Shown here: positions 25,091 to 36,136 of the stretch, piece by piece | How the letters are laid out: each line of letters opens with the position of its first letter | Position numbering within the stretch: position 1 is the first letter of the stretch | Source of the DNA: Hydrolagus affinis | Taxonomy: Eukaryota | Assembly (NCBI GenBank): GCA_012026655.1 | Contig: JAAILG010000205.1 | Location: 62,001-126,000 of the forward strand | Reading direction: 5' to 3' | DNA: 64,000 bases | Program-made: the position numbers and the translations under genes | The notes under the pieces: generated by a model | Database searches by the model: none | Told to the model about the DNA's origin: nothing | Seen by the model: the letters and a program-made list of their open reading frames with translations, nothing else

Positions 25091-27144
25091 TGAGATACCA
25101 AATATCGATATAGAGGAACAATAAATCTGAGATAAAATAATCCTGCAGGAATTAGAGAAATTCTTGAAAATAAATGAAGGACATTGTGGAATAGAGAAAG
25201 CAAGATATGAGATAGGTGCAAGATATCAGAATCAGGAAAACTACAAGGCCATCATGTGGCATGGGAGACCATGGACAAAAGTAGAAACAGACGTGTTCTA
25301 TTACAATGACTCGGATTCATAGTAGTGGGCTACACATCAAGATATAGTGAATACACAGAACTGAATGACATGACCACAGAGACTATAATAGATAAAGCCA
25401 AAGAAAAATTTGCTTAGCAAAAAAATTGAAACCTCAGGTACTGCGACAAACGATTAATAATAATCCTTACATTTTATATAGTGCTTTTCACATCTTCTAG
25501 ACATCTCAGAGCGCTTCACAGAATATACTGTAAAGTGAATTGACTGTATATTTGTGGGTGAAAGGAATACAGAAACACAGAACGGAAAGGTTTTTCAGGG
25601 AAAATCTGGTTCAGTAAACGAGCAGATGAAAATCTGAGAACGAATTGGAAAAAGACAACAGGAAAGATCTATAAAAAAAAATCATGGAAGATATAGAAAA
25701 GTGGGGAGAAACTTCAAAAGGATGCAGAAAAAAATCAAGAACTATTAAGTCAAAAAGAACAATAAAATGACAAAGTGTTCTCACTGTGGATGTGGGGTTA
25801 TGGCTTGATTACTGGATTGAAGTGAATTGCCAATAAAGAAATTACTTCACAGTGGTAATGTTTCTTCAGGTGTATAAAGAAATGCAATGGAAACTGTATG
25901 TTGGCATGGATTGCAGAACATATAACATTTTTAGTCATTTTAACTACTAAATCTGACTAAGTGGAAAAGGATTTGTTGTGATCAAATCAAAGAATAAAAC
26001 TAACGAAACATAATTTGCATGAAAGGAAAGCATGATAAAAACATCAAACATCTTTTAAAAAAATGCCAATTCTAATAAGTAGTTTCACCAAATCCTCAAT
26101 CTCATTCGTCGACAAATCAGCAAAATGCGTTGTATCAGCTTGTGAAACGGAGTGATTCCAATTTGTAATTAGCAGTAATGGCTTTGACCTTTTGCAGTAT
26201 TGCCAAGTCCATCAGATAACCTACTTCAGAAACATCTGTTAGTAACCCTTTATTTTGCTTGGTACTTACCCAAATAAACTTGAAGAAAATGTTTTCTCCC
26301 TCCAGGGAATGTTACTCTCAGATGTTAGGTTGTAGCAAGTCTGCACATCTGGTTTCAGAATTAAAGACCTGTGTTTATACTTGTAATCTATGCCCACTGT
26401 TGCATTACACCATAGTACTCTTATTCTCAATTTATACTGATGGAAATGATTTGAAATGGCTTCCAGCAGTAAAGTGATGTACAACAGGAAATATGATTCG
26501 TTTTACACTCTGATTGTTTTACGATCCCATTGACTAAGAGTCTGAAGAAAGCTTTACACACTTGCAACTAAATGCAAGTGCAGAGCTCCACTAACTGAAT
26601 CCTTGTATTCCATGTTAGAATAATCATGTAATTTGTTGATAACACTGAAAATAGTCCCATGATAGTTATTGAGTGGCCCAGGAATCATTTTCGAACAAAG
26701 TCTAAATCCACTTTCATCATCTGCAATTACACTATAGAAGTCTGAATTAATATAACAAAAGCATTTCCTCAAGGTTATTTTGTGAGGAGGCTCCCACACC
26801 TCTCTGATCGCAGCCAGCAGTGTGGAATGACTTGGTGATGCCTCTCCTTCCATCTACTTGGGGCAAGCATCTTAACTGTGATTTAGCTTTATTTCTTTAC
26901 AACAACGTAACAAAGTTTGCAAGGTTCATAGTGTATTCACAGGTGTGTTAGAAAGCTAATTATCTGCACTAATTGGGCTAGTCCCATTGGAGTTGAGCAG
27001 TGTGGGTAATTGGAGAAGAGCTCAAATTGTATTTAAGAATATAAGAAATTCTACAATGTAGAAAGTCCATTATGCCTATATAGTGCACTAGTTTCATACA
27101 TCTAAACTGATCTCAAAATATGATCACGGCAAACCTCCAGAACA

Positions 27145-27350
27145 TTCACATGCCTAATAATAATCCTTCAAAAAAAATAATAAATTGGTCATTTCAATCC
27201 ATGACAGTTGGTGGGACACTGCTGTGCGCAATTGGCTGTTGCATTTCACCCACAAATATAGCGTTAATTCACTTTACAGTATTTCTGTGAAGTGCTTTAA
27301 GACCTTGTCTGGAAGACGTGAACAGTGCTAAACCAAATGCAAGGATTTTT
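27145..27350 (+). mobile_element. SINE, short subfamily, lacking head
   Basis: cacatgcctaataataatcc...core...tail. Confidence 0.8.
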
Positions 27351-27595
27351 TCAGACTGGAGGGAAGTGTGCAGTGGTGTCCCCCAGGGATCGGTTTTGGA
27401 TGTAGGGAGCACAGTTTCCAAGTTTGCAGATGATACTAAGTTAGGGAGAATAGTAAATAGTGAGAGGATAGTAACCATCTGCAAGAAGATATAGATAAAA
27501 TGGTAAAGTGGGCAGACACATGGCAGATGAAGTTTAACGCAGAGAAGTGTGAGGTGATACATTTTGGGAGAAGAGATGAGGGGAGGCAATATAGG

Positions 27596-27787
27596 CCTGC
27601 CTCTCCCCCTTTAACATCCTTAAGAAACCTCTCCCTCCAAACAAGCCCCAGTTCTGACGAAGGGTTGTAGACCCGAAACGTTGACTCTTTTTCCTTTCTC
27701 CATGGATGCTGCCTGACCTGCTGAGTTTCCCCAGCAACTTCTGTTTTTGTTTTAGATTCCCAGCATCTGTAGTATTTTGTGTTTTGT
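27596..27787 (+). mobile_element. Penelope-like element terminal (pLTR) fragment
   Basis: ctgacgaagggttgtagacccgaaacgttgact...gatgctgcctgacctgctgagtttccccagc...gattcccagcatctgtagtattttg is a typical PLE end carrying a hammerhead motif. Confidence 0.75.
27650..27686 (+). ncRNA. Minimal type-I hammerhead ribozyme motif
   Basis: AGUU-CUGACGA-A-GGGU(UGUAG)ACCC-GAAAC-GUU/GACU. Both core boxes are present, with helix II, helix I (AGUU:GACU) and a palindromic AACGUU at vestigial helix III. Confidence 0.72.
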
Positions 27788-28990
27788 CTATAAAACTTTG
27801 GTTAGGCCTCAGCTGGAGTACTGTGTCCAATTCTGGTCACCACACTACAGAAACATTGTTAAAGCATTGGAAAGGTTTACTAGAATGTTACCAGGATTGA
27901 GGGACTTCAGTTATGAGGAAAGGCTAGATAGGATAAGTTTATTCTCTTTAGAGCAAAGAAGCTTGAGAGGAGACCAAATAGAGGTTTATAAAATCATGAG
28001 GAGATTTGACAGGGTGAATAAGGAAAAACTGTTTCCACTCGTGGTCACAGATTTAAAATAGTTCAAAACGAAGCAGAGTGGAGCTGAGGAGAAACTTTTT
28101 TAATCAGTGGGTTGTTCGAATCTGGAACGCATTGCCTGAAAAGGTGGTGGAGGCCGATTCGATAACAGCTTTTAAAAGAGAATTAGATCTTTATTTAGGG
28201 AGAACAGGTCTATTAGGTTATGGTGAGAGAGCTAAGCAGTGGGATTGAGTTGCTCTTTTCAAAGAGCCTGCACAGAGTAGATGGGCTGAATGGCCTCCTT
28301 TTGTGCCGTAAATTCTTTGATTCTATGATTAATATTATCCATCTTGTCAGCTTTACTATTCAAACCTATAGCATCCGCAAATATTCTTCCTCCCCACCTT
28401 CCACTGGCCCAGAAGCACAGAAAAAAATGTCACATTCCACGAAATGACAGATCATCTAACTATTCATTCCTGGAATCTCAAACATCAAAACACCCCAAGC
28501 TGCTTTTTATTTGCTCTTTAAGAAAAAAATTCTAATTATGTTTTATTCACTTTAATCCATTCCCCTCTGTACTCAAGAGTGCAAGTTAAATAAACTGTTT
28601 ACCTGATTCATATCTCACAGTATATCAAATACAATTGCTTCTCATTATCTTTTGGAAGAGAAATCAAATACTTCTGGTAAACTTCTGTCGTGATCTACAA
28701 TCTTTCCTGGCTTGATAAATTCTTTTTTTCCTTTCTTTTCAAGATGACCAACATTTCTATTTATTCTTTGTATGTGTTTCTCTTCTGTTTTCTTTGCCTC
28801 ACAAAGTCACAATTCCTCCTTCAGCTGGTTTTGCATAGGAGTGTGGGCCATCAACTTCTCCAAATGTGCTGTTAATCATACTACGCAATTAGTCTGCAAT
28901 TGAGTTTCACAAGCCCTCAACTTGTTTTGGCAAACTTTTGGTTCTTTCTTATTCAGTACTAAATACTCAGCAGGGACAAGGTACTGTACA

Positions 28991-29292
28991 GTCCTGTAGC
29001 TCAGTGGTTAGAGCACTCGTCTTACAAGCAAGAGACCTGGGTTCAATTCTAGGCAGGGTGAAACCTTCGGCAAGTTTCCTTATTCCACAAACCTAATAAT
29101 CAATTCCTCAAAAAAAGAATAAACTGGTCATTACAATCCACGACTGTTTGTGGTGCACTGCTGTGAGCAATTGGCTGCCACGTTCCACCCACAAATATAC
29201 TCAATTCACTTTAGTGTATTTTGTGAAGTGCTTTGAGACGTCTAGAAGATGTGAAAAGCGGTATATCGAATGCAATATTTCTTCTTATTATT
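28991..29292 (+). mobile_element. Full-length tRNA-derived SINE, short subfamily
   Basis: The head is gtcctgtagctcagtggttagagc (A box)...gggttcaattc (B box), followed by the core and L2-type tail. Confidence 0.9.
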
Positions 29293-30779
29293 ACAGTATG
29301 TGGATACAGTATTTTTTTTAATTGAATGATGGAAGGAAACTGTTCTGCCAAACTGAGGAATAGCCAGTGAATGTTTGCATTGATTTCATACAGAGCTTAG
29401 CTGTAGGGTCCAGCTCAACTTCTTTCAACCAAGAAAAGATCACAAAATACTAATAGAAGAAATACATCTGAAAAATTACCTGGGATTAATGTACTTTTGG
29501 AGGTACAGTAATTTGCTAAAATATATGTGAGCAAGGAGCTACAACCAGTTAGCTGGTGCTAACATAGCTTGGTACCTGCAACTAAATACTGTATATATAA
29601 TTGCGCAATTAATTAATGTCAAAGTGGATGAGTGGTAGGGTGGAAAAAATTCTAGCTGTGATTAAGGTTTCTGCAAACAATCCCAAATCTGTTCTGTTTT
29701 GTATTCCATAACGTGTGCCATTCAAGCTAATCCATATATTAATACTGTTTTTGAAATGAAATGTTGACATTTTTTTTTCCTTCTCCTCAAACCCCATATT
29801 CAAATCGATGGCAGAAGTTTCCTCTAACACTTTAATGAAAAAAAAGGTAAAACCATTGTATCTCTCCAAAGGCAAAATCAAAAGGAAAAAAAGGCCTAAT
29901 TCCTCTTTAAAAAAAGAAGCATTCACATGAGGAAGAGGGGAATAGAAGGGCACGAAAAGGAGCAAGGAATGGGTGAAGATTCGTGTGAAGTATAAACACT
30001 GACATGGATTGGTTATGCCGAGTTGCGCATTTCTGTGCTATACATTCTTTGTAAGTCTGTGCTGTAAATTTCTATGGTTCTAGTTCTATTTTGGATTTAC
30101 CTTGTCTGCATTTTGGATTTTTTATTGCAGTACTTAAAATTGTACTAAAAGGTCATTCTACGCTTTTCTTGGCCCCATTGCTAATTATACAGAGGTTTCT
30201 CTAGGCAACACTTCATTCTGTTGAATTTCATTTTATAGGACACCTTTAAAAAGATGAAACAAAATGCTCATAAAAACTCTTTTGTACAGGTTCACATGAA
30301 ATATTTCATTAGGGGGATAGTAATCAAAGTCTCTTTGGAGCTAATCTGGCTCCAAGGCGAAAAATGCTTGACAATAGAATGTGAAACCTCTGTGGCGGTC
30401 TCAGTAGTCCAATTCCTAAGCCAAAGGGGTTTGCAGTACTCTTAATTACTGCTGCTGCCAGACCAGCCAGCCTGGTTCATCAGGCAGGGCAGACTGGTGG
30501 TAGTGATTCCTCACATTCAACTCTTGAACAGGTAGCGTCATCCTAGCTACACGTGCAGCAGGAAGCTTGCCAGCCAATGCTCTCATTGACAATTTATAAT
30601 AATAATGATAAGAATAATAATCTTTGCATTTGACATAGCACTGTTTATGTCTTCTGGACATTTCAAAGTCTTCACAGACTAGTTAAAGGCCGGCAGTAGC
30701 CCAAGGTGCACATTGTGATACCACATTGCCAGCCTACTATTTGTGGGACACTGCTGTTCAAAATTGGCTGCCGTGTTTC

Positions 30780-31030
30780 ACTCCATCCCACAGTCCCTTT
30801 GTCTTGCTCCCTCTCTTGCCTTCTTCAAGGTCGGTCTCAAGACTCTCCTCTTCGACCGTGCCTTCTGCTGCCCTCCCAAATCTCTCCCTCCCCTCCTAAC
30901 TCTCTCCTACCCTTCCCCACTACCCTGCCCCTCTCCCTTGCTTGAGTCCCGACCTGACTGTTCAGTGCCTTGGGATGTCCTCCCGACATGAAAGGCGCTC
31001 TATAAATGTAATTATTTTGTTGTGGTTGTG
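30780..31030 (+). mobile_element. L2 LINE 3' fragment fused to a SINE core fragment
   Basis: Encodes SIPQSL...FKVGLKTLLFDRAF, with the tail tgggatgtcctcccgacatgaaaggcgctctataaatgtaattattttgttgt. Confidence 0.8.
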
Positions 31031-31659
31031 TTTCCTATTGTTAAAAGTAATGAAAATAGATCTGATTTCCTTTTTTAAACTAGTATTGAACAGATTACTA
31101 CAGTATTTATACTTGTTATGATTATCATAATTATTATTATTCCAGCAAAACTCCTAAAGAACAACTGTTAAATGCAAATACTGTTCAGGTGTAGATCAAG
31201 TATTCCCTTCCTCCCTCACACTTTTACCATATTTCATAAACACTCTCTCATCCTCCCCCACTAACCCTCCATCCCAGTCTAGCTCCATCCTCTCTGCTGT
31301 GCAATTTCTTGGTGAACATTTGCAAACAAATGCACAGTTGTGTTGTCATAGGAACAAGTCTTATGACTGATCTTACTCCCCAGAACTTTACAAAACCATA
31401 TCAACAAGGCAGGAAATGTGTCACTTTAAATGCTGTATTACTTTAAGATCTTCAATTTTCTCCATCACAGTCAATGCAATGCTTTTCTCTTAGCATCAAC
31501 CCTTGAAAGCGTTACTTTCACTTGAATTAGAATACTGTATGTAGTTTTGGGGCCTATAGCATTGTAATTACTTTTTGAAGACTAATTTTGTATCTTTCTT
31601 TTCCTGCTTGAGCACTTTCAACTTCAACCTCCACACCAAATCACATCTTACCGCGCCAG

Positions 31660-32665
31660 CGCCTTCACACATAAGGCACTGGCAGCATCAACCTCCATGG
31701 TTGCACACTCCACCTCACCAAGCCAGTCAGGAACATAGGTGTCTTGTTTGATCCTCAACTGTCTTTCCTCCCCACATCCATGCCATGAGACGCTGTGCCT
31801 CCGTTCTGCCTCTCTGGAACATTGCCCGACTCTGTCACTAACTCACCCCTCGGGCCACTGAAACTCTCATTCATACCTTCATTAAGTCCAGCCTCAACTA
31901 TGCCAAGTCCTTGCTTGTCAGCCTTCCCAACTCCTCCCTTCGAATAAGCTGCAGCTCATCCAGAACTCCTGTAGCTCAGTGGTTAGAGCACTCGCCTTAC
32001 AAGAGTGAGACCCGTGTTCGAATCCAGGCAGATCAGGACGAACCCTTGCACAAGGTTCCTTACTCCACATGCCTAATAATAATCCGTCCAAAAAAAACAC
32101 AATAATAAAAATTGGTCATTTCAATCCTCGATTGTTTGTGGGACACTACTGTGCGCAATTGACTACCGCATTTCACCCACAAATATACAATCAATTCACT
32201 TTACAGTATATTCTGTGAAGCTCTTTGAGATGTTGATAAGATGTGAAAAGCACTACATGTATATCAAATGCAACAATTATTATTATATTATTATAACTCT
32301 GCAGCCCATATCTTCGGCACCAAGCTCTGCCACCCCATCTCCCCTATTCTTGACCAACTCCATTAGCTCCCCATCACTCAGAGGATTCAATTCAAGATCC
32401 TGATCCTCACCTCTGCAACCTCATAATCCCCTACCAACCTGTCTGCTCCCTCCACTCAGCGAGCTCCTGCCTGCTCCATGTCCCACGACACACCTGCCCC
32501 ACCATGGGTGGGTGAGCCTTCAGCCACTCTGCCCCCAACCTTCGGAATTCCATCCCACAATCTCTCCGCCTCACCCCCTCCCCAGCATCCTTCAAGTCCC
32601 CACTCAAGGCCCTCCTCTTTTCTAGACATGAAAGGCGCGAAACAAATGTAATTTTGTTGTTGCTG
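31660..32665 (+). mobile_element. L2 LINE 3' portion interrupted by a full-length SINE (~31969-32294)
   Basis: The L2 motifs are VRNIGVLFDPQLSF, ETLIHTFIKSSLNYAKSLL and QLIQNS|AAHI. AACTC is duplicated on both sides of the SINE (31964-31968 and 32295-32299). Confidence 0.88.
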
Positions 32666-34400
32666 TTACTCTTTGCTCCCACCACTATGCATGTTGCTCT
32701 TGATCCAACCATTGGAAGGTGAACATCTATAACCCAAGAGTGGAAGAGTGAATCTCTCTCTAACCTTCCCACCAGCCAATCACTCATCATATAAAATACC
32801 CTCCCCACCTTCAGCTGCCATCCCCATCTTCAGGTGTTCAGCCAATATTCAGAAGCACTGTGAGATATCACTCCATGGACTGTATAAACAAATATAAGTT
32901 GTAGTCTGCTCATTATACTTCATAATTGAGAAACCAACTGAGATAAGAGGTGGCACATTGAGCCATCAGTTACCAGAAAACTGCTCCAATTAACTGTTAA
33001 CTCAAAATAAGTTACAATCTTAAGGAAAAGGGAAAAATTGAGAGCAAAGAAAAAACAAAATTTAATATAGAATCCTAGTGACATGGTGATACGTTTTAAT
33101 TGTAAAATGATTTAACTCAAAATATTCATTTGATGAAGTATTAGTGACAGTTCACAACATGGCCAACAGTATGTCTTACTGTCTTATTTATAATTTCCAG
33201 GAATAGCTGTAGAGTAACAGCTCCTTACTGGAAGGAAGAATAATATCCATTGCATGATTTTAAAATTTCTGTTTCTCACTGCGGTTAAATAACTGTGACT
33301 TAAAATCTTGTGAACTGATGGGTTTATCGCTGGTCATCTGCAATGATTGTTTCAACATCATACGAGCAACTGGAGTAAGAATGCATAGTCACACTCTTGC
33401 TGAAAACATCAGTACATTGTAAATTTCACCATGGTATAAAAAAACATTTGTTTAGTGGCATTTTTTTCACATTGAAAGACCACTGTGTTTTTTACCTCTG
33501 TAACAAATTTAGCACACCTTCATTTTTGTCACCTGTGCTGTATCTTTAAATTGATAGGTTTAGATTTATCAACACAGTATCAACAGAAAGCAAATAGCAA
33601 AATGAGAAATGGATAAATTTAACGTCAACATTTCTTTAGTGGAGATCAATTATTGGATGAACTTCATATCCCAAAGGTTCAGTTTAAATTTACATCAGAT
33701 TTATTTTTCTCTCTTTTGAATATAAACTGTGTTTTGCAACGTTTATTTCAGCTTCATGCATAACAACAACTTGCATTTACAGTACATAGCATCCCTCACA
33801 CATTCATATAGTGTCACAAAGCGCTTGAAATTGATGCCACTATTGATGCCATAACATCCTGCGTAATTCTTTGTACTGTACAGTATGTAATTTTTATAAA
33901 ATACACATAGGAAGAGAGGCAGTACACAGTGCAACATACTCATGGTCCAATGCACAGCACTGTAGGATCATGATGTATGCGACAACATCTGCAATTCCAC
34001 CCATATTGTCAGTTTTCTTTGGAAGCTAACCATGCGTCATCATGGGCAGAGGCCAATCAGAGGTCAGGCATTTCCCCAAAGAGGTGTGAAAAAAATACGC
34101 TTGCACACCTCCTACTGGTTAATTACAGAGCAGCACTGACACATGGCAGATTAATTGCCTATTCTTTTAGTTTTGGAAGAGACCAACACTGGGAACATAA
34201 AGAAAATAATGTTAAGAAATTTTGGACAACATGAGAATGTTTGTCTTGAATAACTAAATGGCCACATCATGCCTTTCTTGCAAGAAGTAACACTGCAAAA
34301 ACACTCCATAACAGCAGCAGTTCCTGGCAAAACTAACTGGTCTACATAGCAAAGAATAAATAGTTGTTTTCCATTGTGTTCGAAACAAATGATATTCTTG

Positions 34401-34730
34401 GAGTCCTGTAACTCAGTGGTTAGAGCACTCGCCTCACAAGTGAAAGATCTGGGTTTGATTCCCGGCAGGACAAAATGTTGGCAAAGATTCCTTACTCCAC
34501 TAGCCTCTGTTTAGCTAGCAGAAAATAGGAAACTGGTTATTAGATGATTCGTATATCAATTTTCAAGGAGTAAAAATTGCACAGTTTGTTTTTAAAAACA
34601 AAATATTGGTCACTTCAATCCACGACAGTTTATGGGACACTGCTGTGCACAATTGGCTACCATGTTTCACCCACAAAATATACAGTCAATTCACTTTAAG
34701 TATATTCTGTGAAATGCTGTGAGATGTCTC
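34401..34730 (+). mobile_element. tRNA-derived SINE, long subfamily
   Basis: It has the head gagtcctgtaactcagtggttagagcactcgcctcacaag..., the internal gcctctgtttagctagcag segment and the core. Confidence 0.88.
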
Positions 34731-35657
34731 GCTGATTCTATAATGACTCAATGAGTAATGCAACAGGTTAATTTATTGAATTTGAAGTGTTCTTAATTGA
34801 CTCAAATAACACACACTCCATAAATTAACAAATTGAACAAACGTTGAAATTATCTGTTTGATCTGCTGTAATAAATTCATTAAGCATTCTATAAATAAGT
34901 ATGAAATAATCTATTTAATTGTAGTTCATTGTGCAATTGCAAAAACTTTTAGAGACCATTTTAAAATTAGAATCTTGAGGAACGCACTGTACATTAGGGA
35001 ACAAAGTAAAACTAGGATGGCAAGCCAAATTGTATTGTTTCATTGAGGAAGAGCTCCACTTTCCTTTGCTCAATTATATGCATAGCAGCCAATTCTCCTC
35101 CACACTGAATAACACATAACTGCTCATAATTTGTTAGAAATTGGTAATCTCTAATAGGGGGCAAAAGAGTACTGATGAGCAAAATAGAAATATCAAACTG
35201 GAAAAGTGCCATGCAATGTTATTACAACTGTAAGAGGTTCACCCATCATAAGCATTAATGTGCAGATGATTCTAGAAATTAATGGATGAGTGGTCAATCT
35301 CATCATTAACAAAATAATCTTGTACTACTAAGACTACATTGTGATGACATAACAACAATAATTTACATTTCTAAAGCGCCTTTCATGCTGGGAGAATGGT
35401 TTACACAGCTGCCTCGGAACCCAAGCTAAGGGAAAAAGGGGAGCTTGAGAACTGGGACAGGGATGGGGGTTGGATGGGTGAAGAATGGTGACAATATAAT
35501 GCATTAAAAATAATACATGTTAAATTGGTAGAGCTGGCAATTCCTTAAAAACAATATAGAAGTCAGTTCGTTCCTGGGAAAGCTGGTAAATATCTATTAT
35601 CTTACAATGCCAATAAGTGTTCCTTTAGTGCTGATTTCATAAACTATATGTATCATA

Positions 35658-36136
35658 CTAGTTGTACATGTTGCAGCTTTGGGTGAAGCCAAAAGATTCA
35701 ATATGGAATGTAGATTAATACACAGACAGAAATACAGACAGATATTTCATCTTTATCTATACTCATCTGGGAAGACTCCTGTGGGAGGACTCAGTGGGGG
35801 GCCTCGGCGCTTTAAAAATGCAATACATTTGTTGTTGCCACAGGTAAGCTTTGTCTGTATTCTTTATTTAGTTTCTGCCACTTGGCTCCGTGTATGCTCT
35901 GTGACTCACAATGCCACAGTGCCACAGTCAGCTGGCATAACCACCAAGTGTAACTGTAGAGAAAAATGCAAAACTGAAAATAACTCATAAACAATAGGAG
36001 ATACCTGAAAACAAATATGCCCAAATCTCTCCTAGGTGCAAGACCTTTCCAAAGAGGTATAACTCATGTCTACATCAATTGATTGTTGAGATCCTTCTTG
36101 AAGTGCAGACAAACATTATTGTTTTATTAGTATAGA
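35658..36136 (-). mobile_element. Non-autonomous Helitron-like element
   Basis: The minus strand reads A|TCTATACTAATAAAA ... gtacaaCTAG|T, with no TSD. It is homologous to 48886-49357. Confidence 0.65.

Larger units (their letters stand above)
27352..28330 (+). mobile_element. CR1 LINE 3' portion (RT and 3' UTR), internally deleted and interrupted by a Penelope-like fragment
   Basis: Encodes SGVPQGSVL, SKFADDTKLG, WQMKFNAEKCEVIHFG and YKTLVRPQLEYCVQFWSPHY...LRGDQIEVYKIM. The 3' UTR is gggctgaatggcctcct and the tail is ttctttgattctatgatt. Confidence 0.92.

Noticed and set aside
31969-32030. tRNA-like sequences (apparent tRNA-Val TAC or Ala TGC) here and at 28991, 34401 and 53416
   Set aside because: They are SINE heads. 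They lack an intact acceptor stem, their anticodons vary, and the SINE body always follows.
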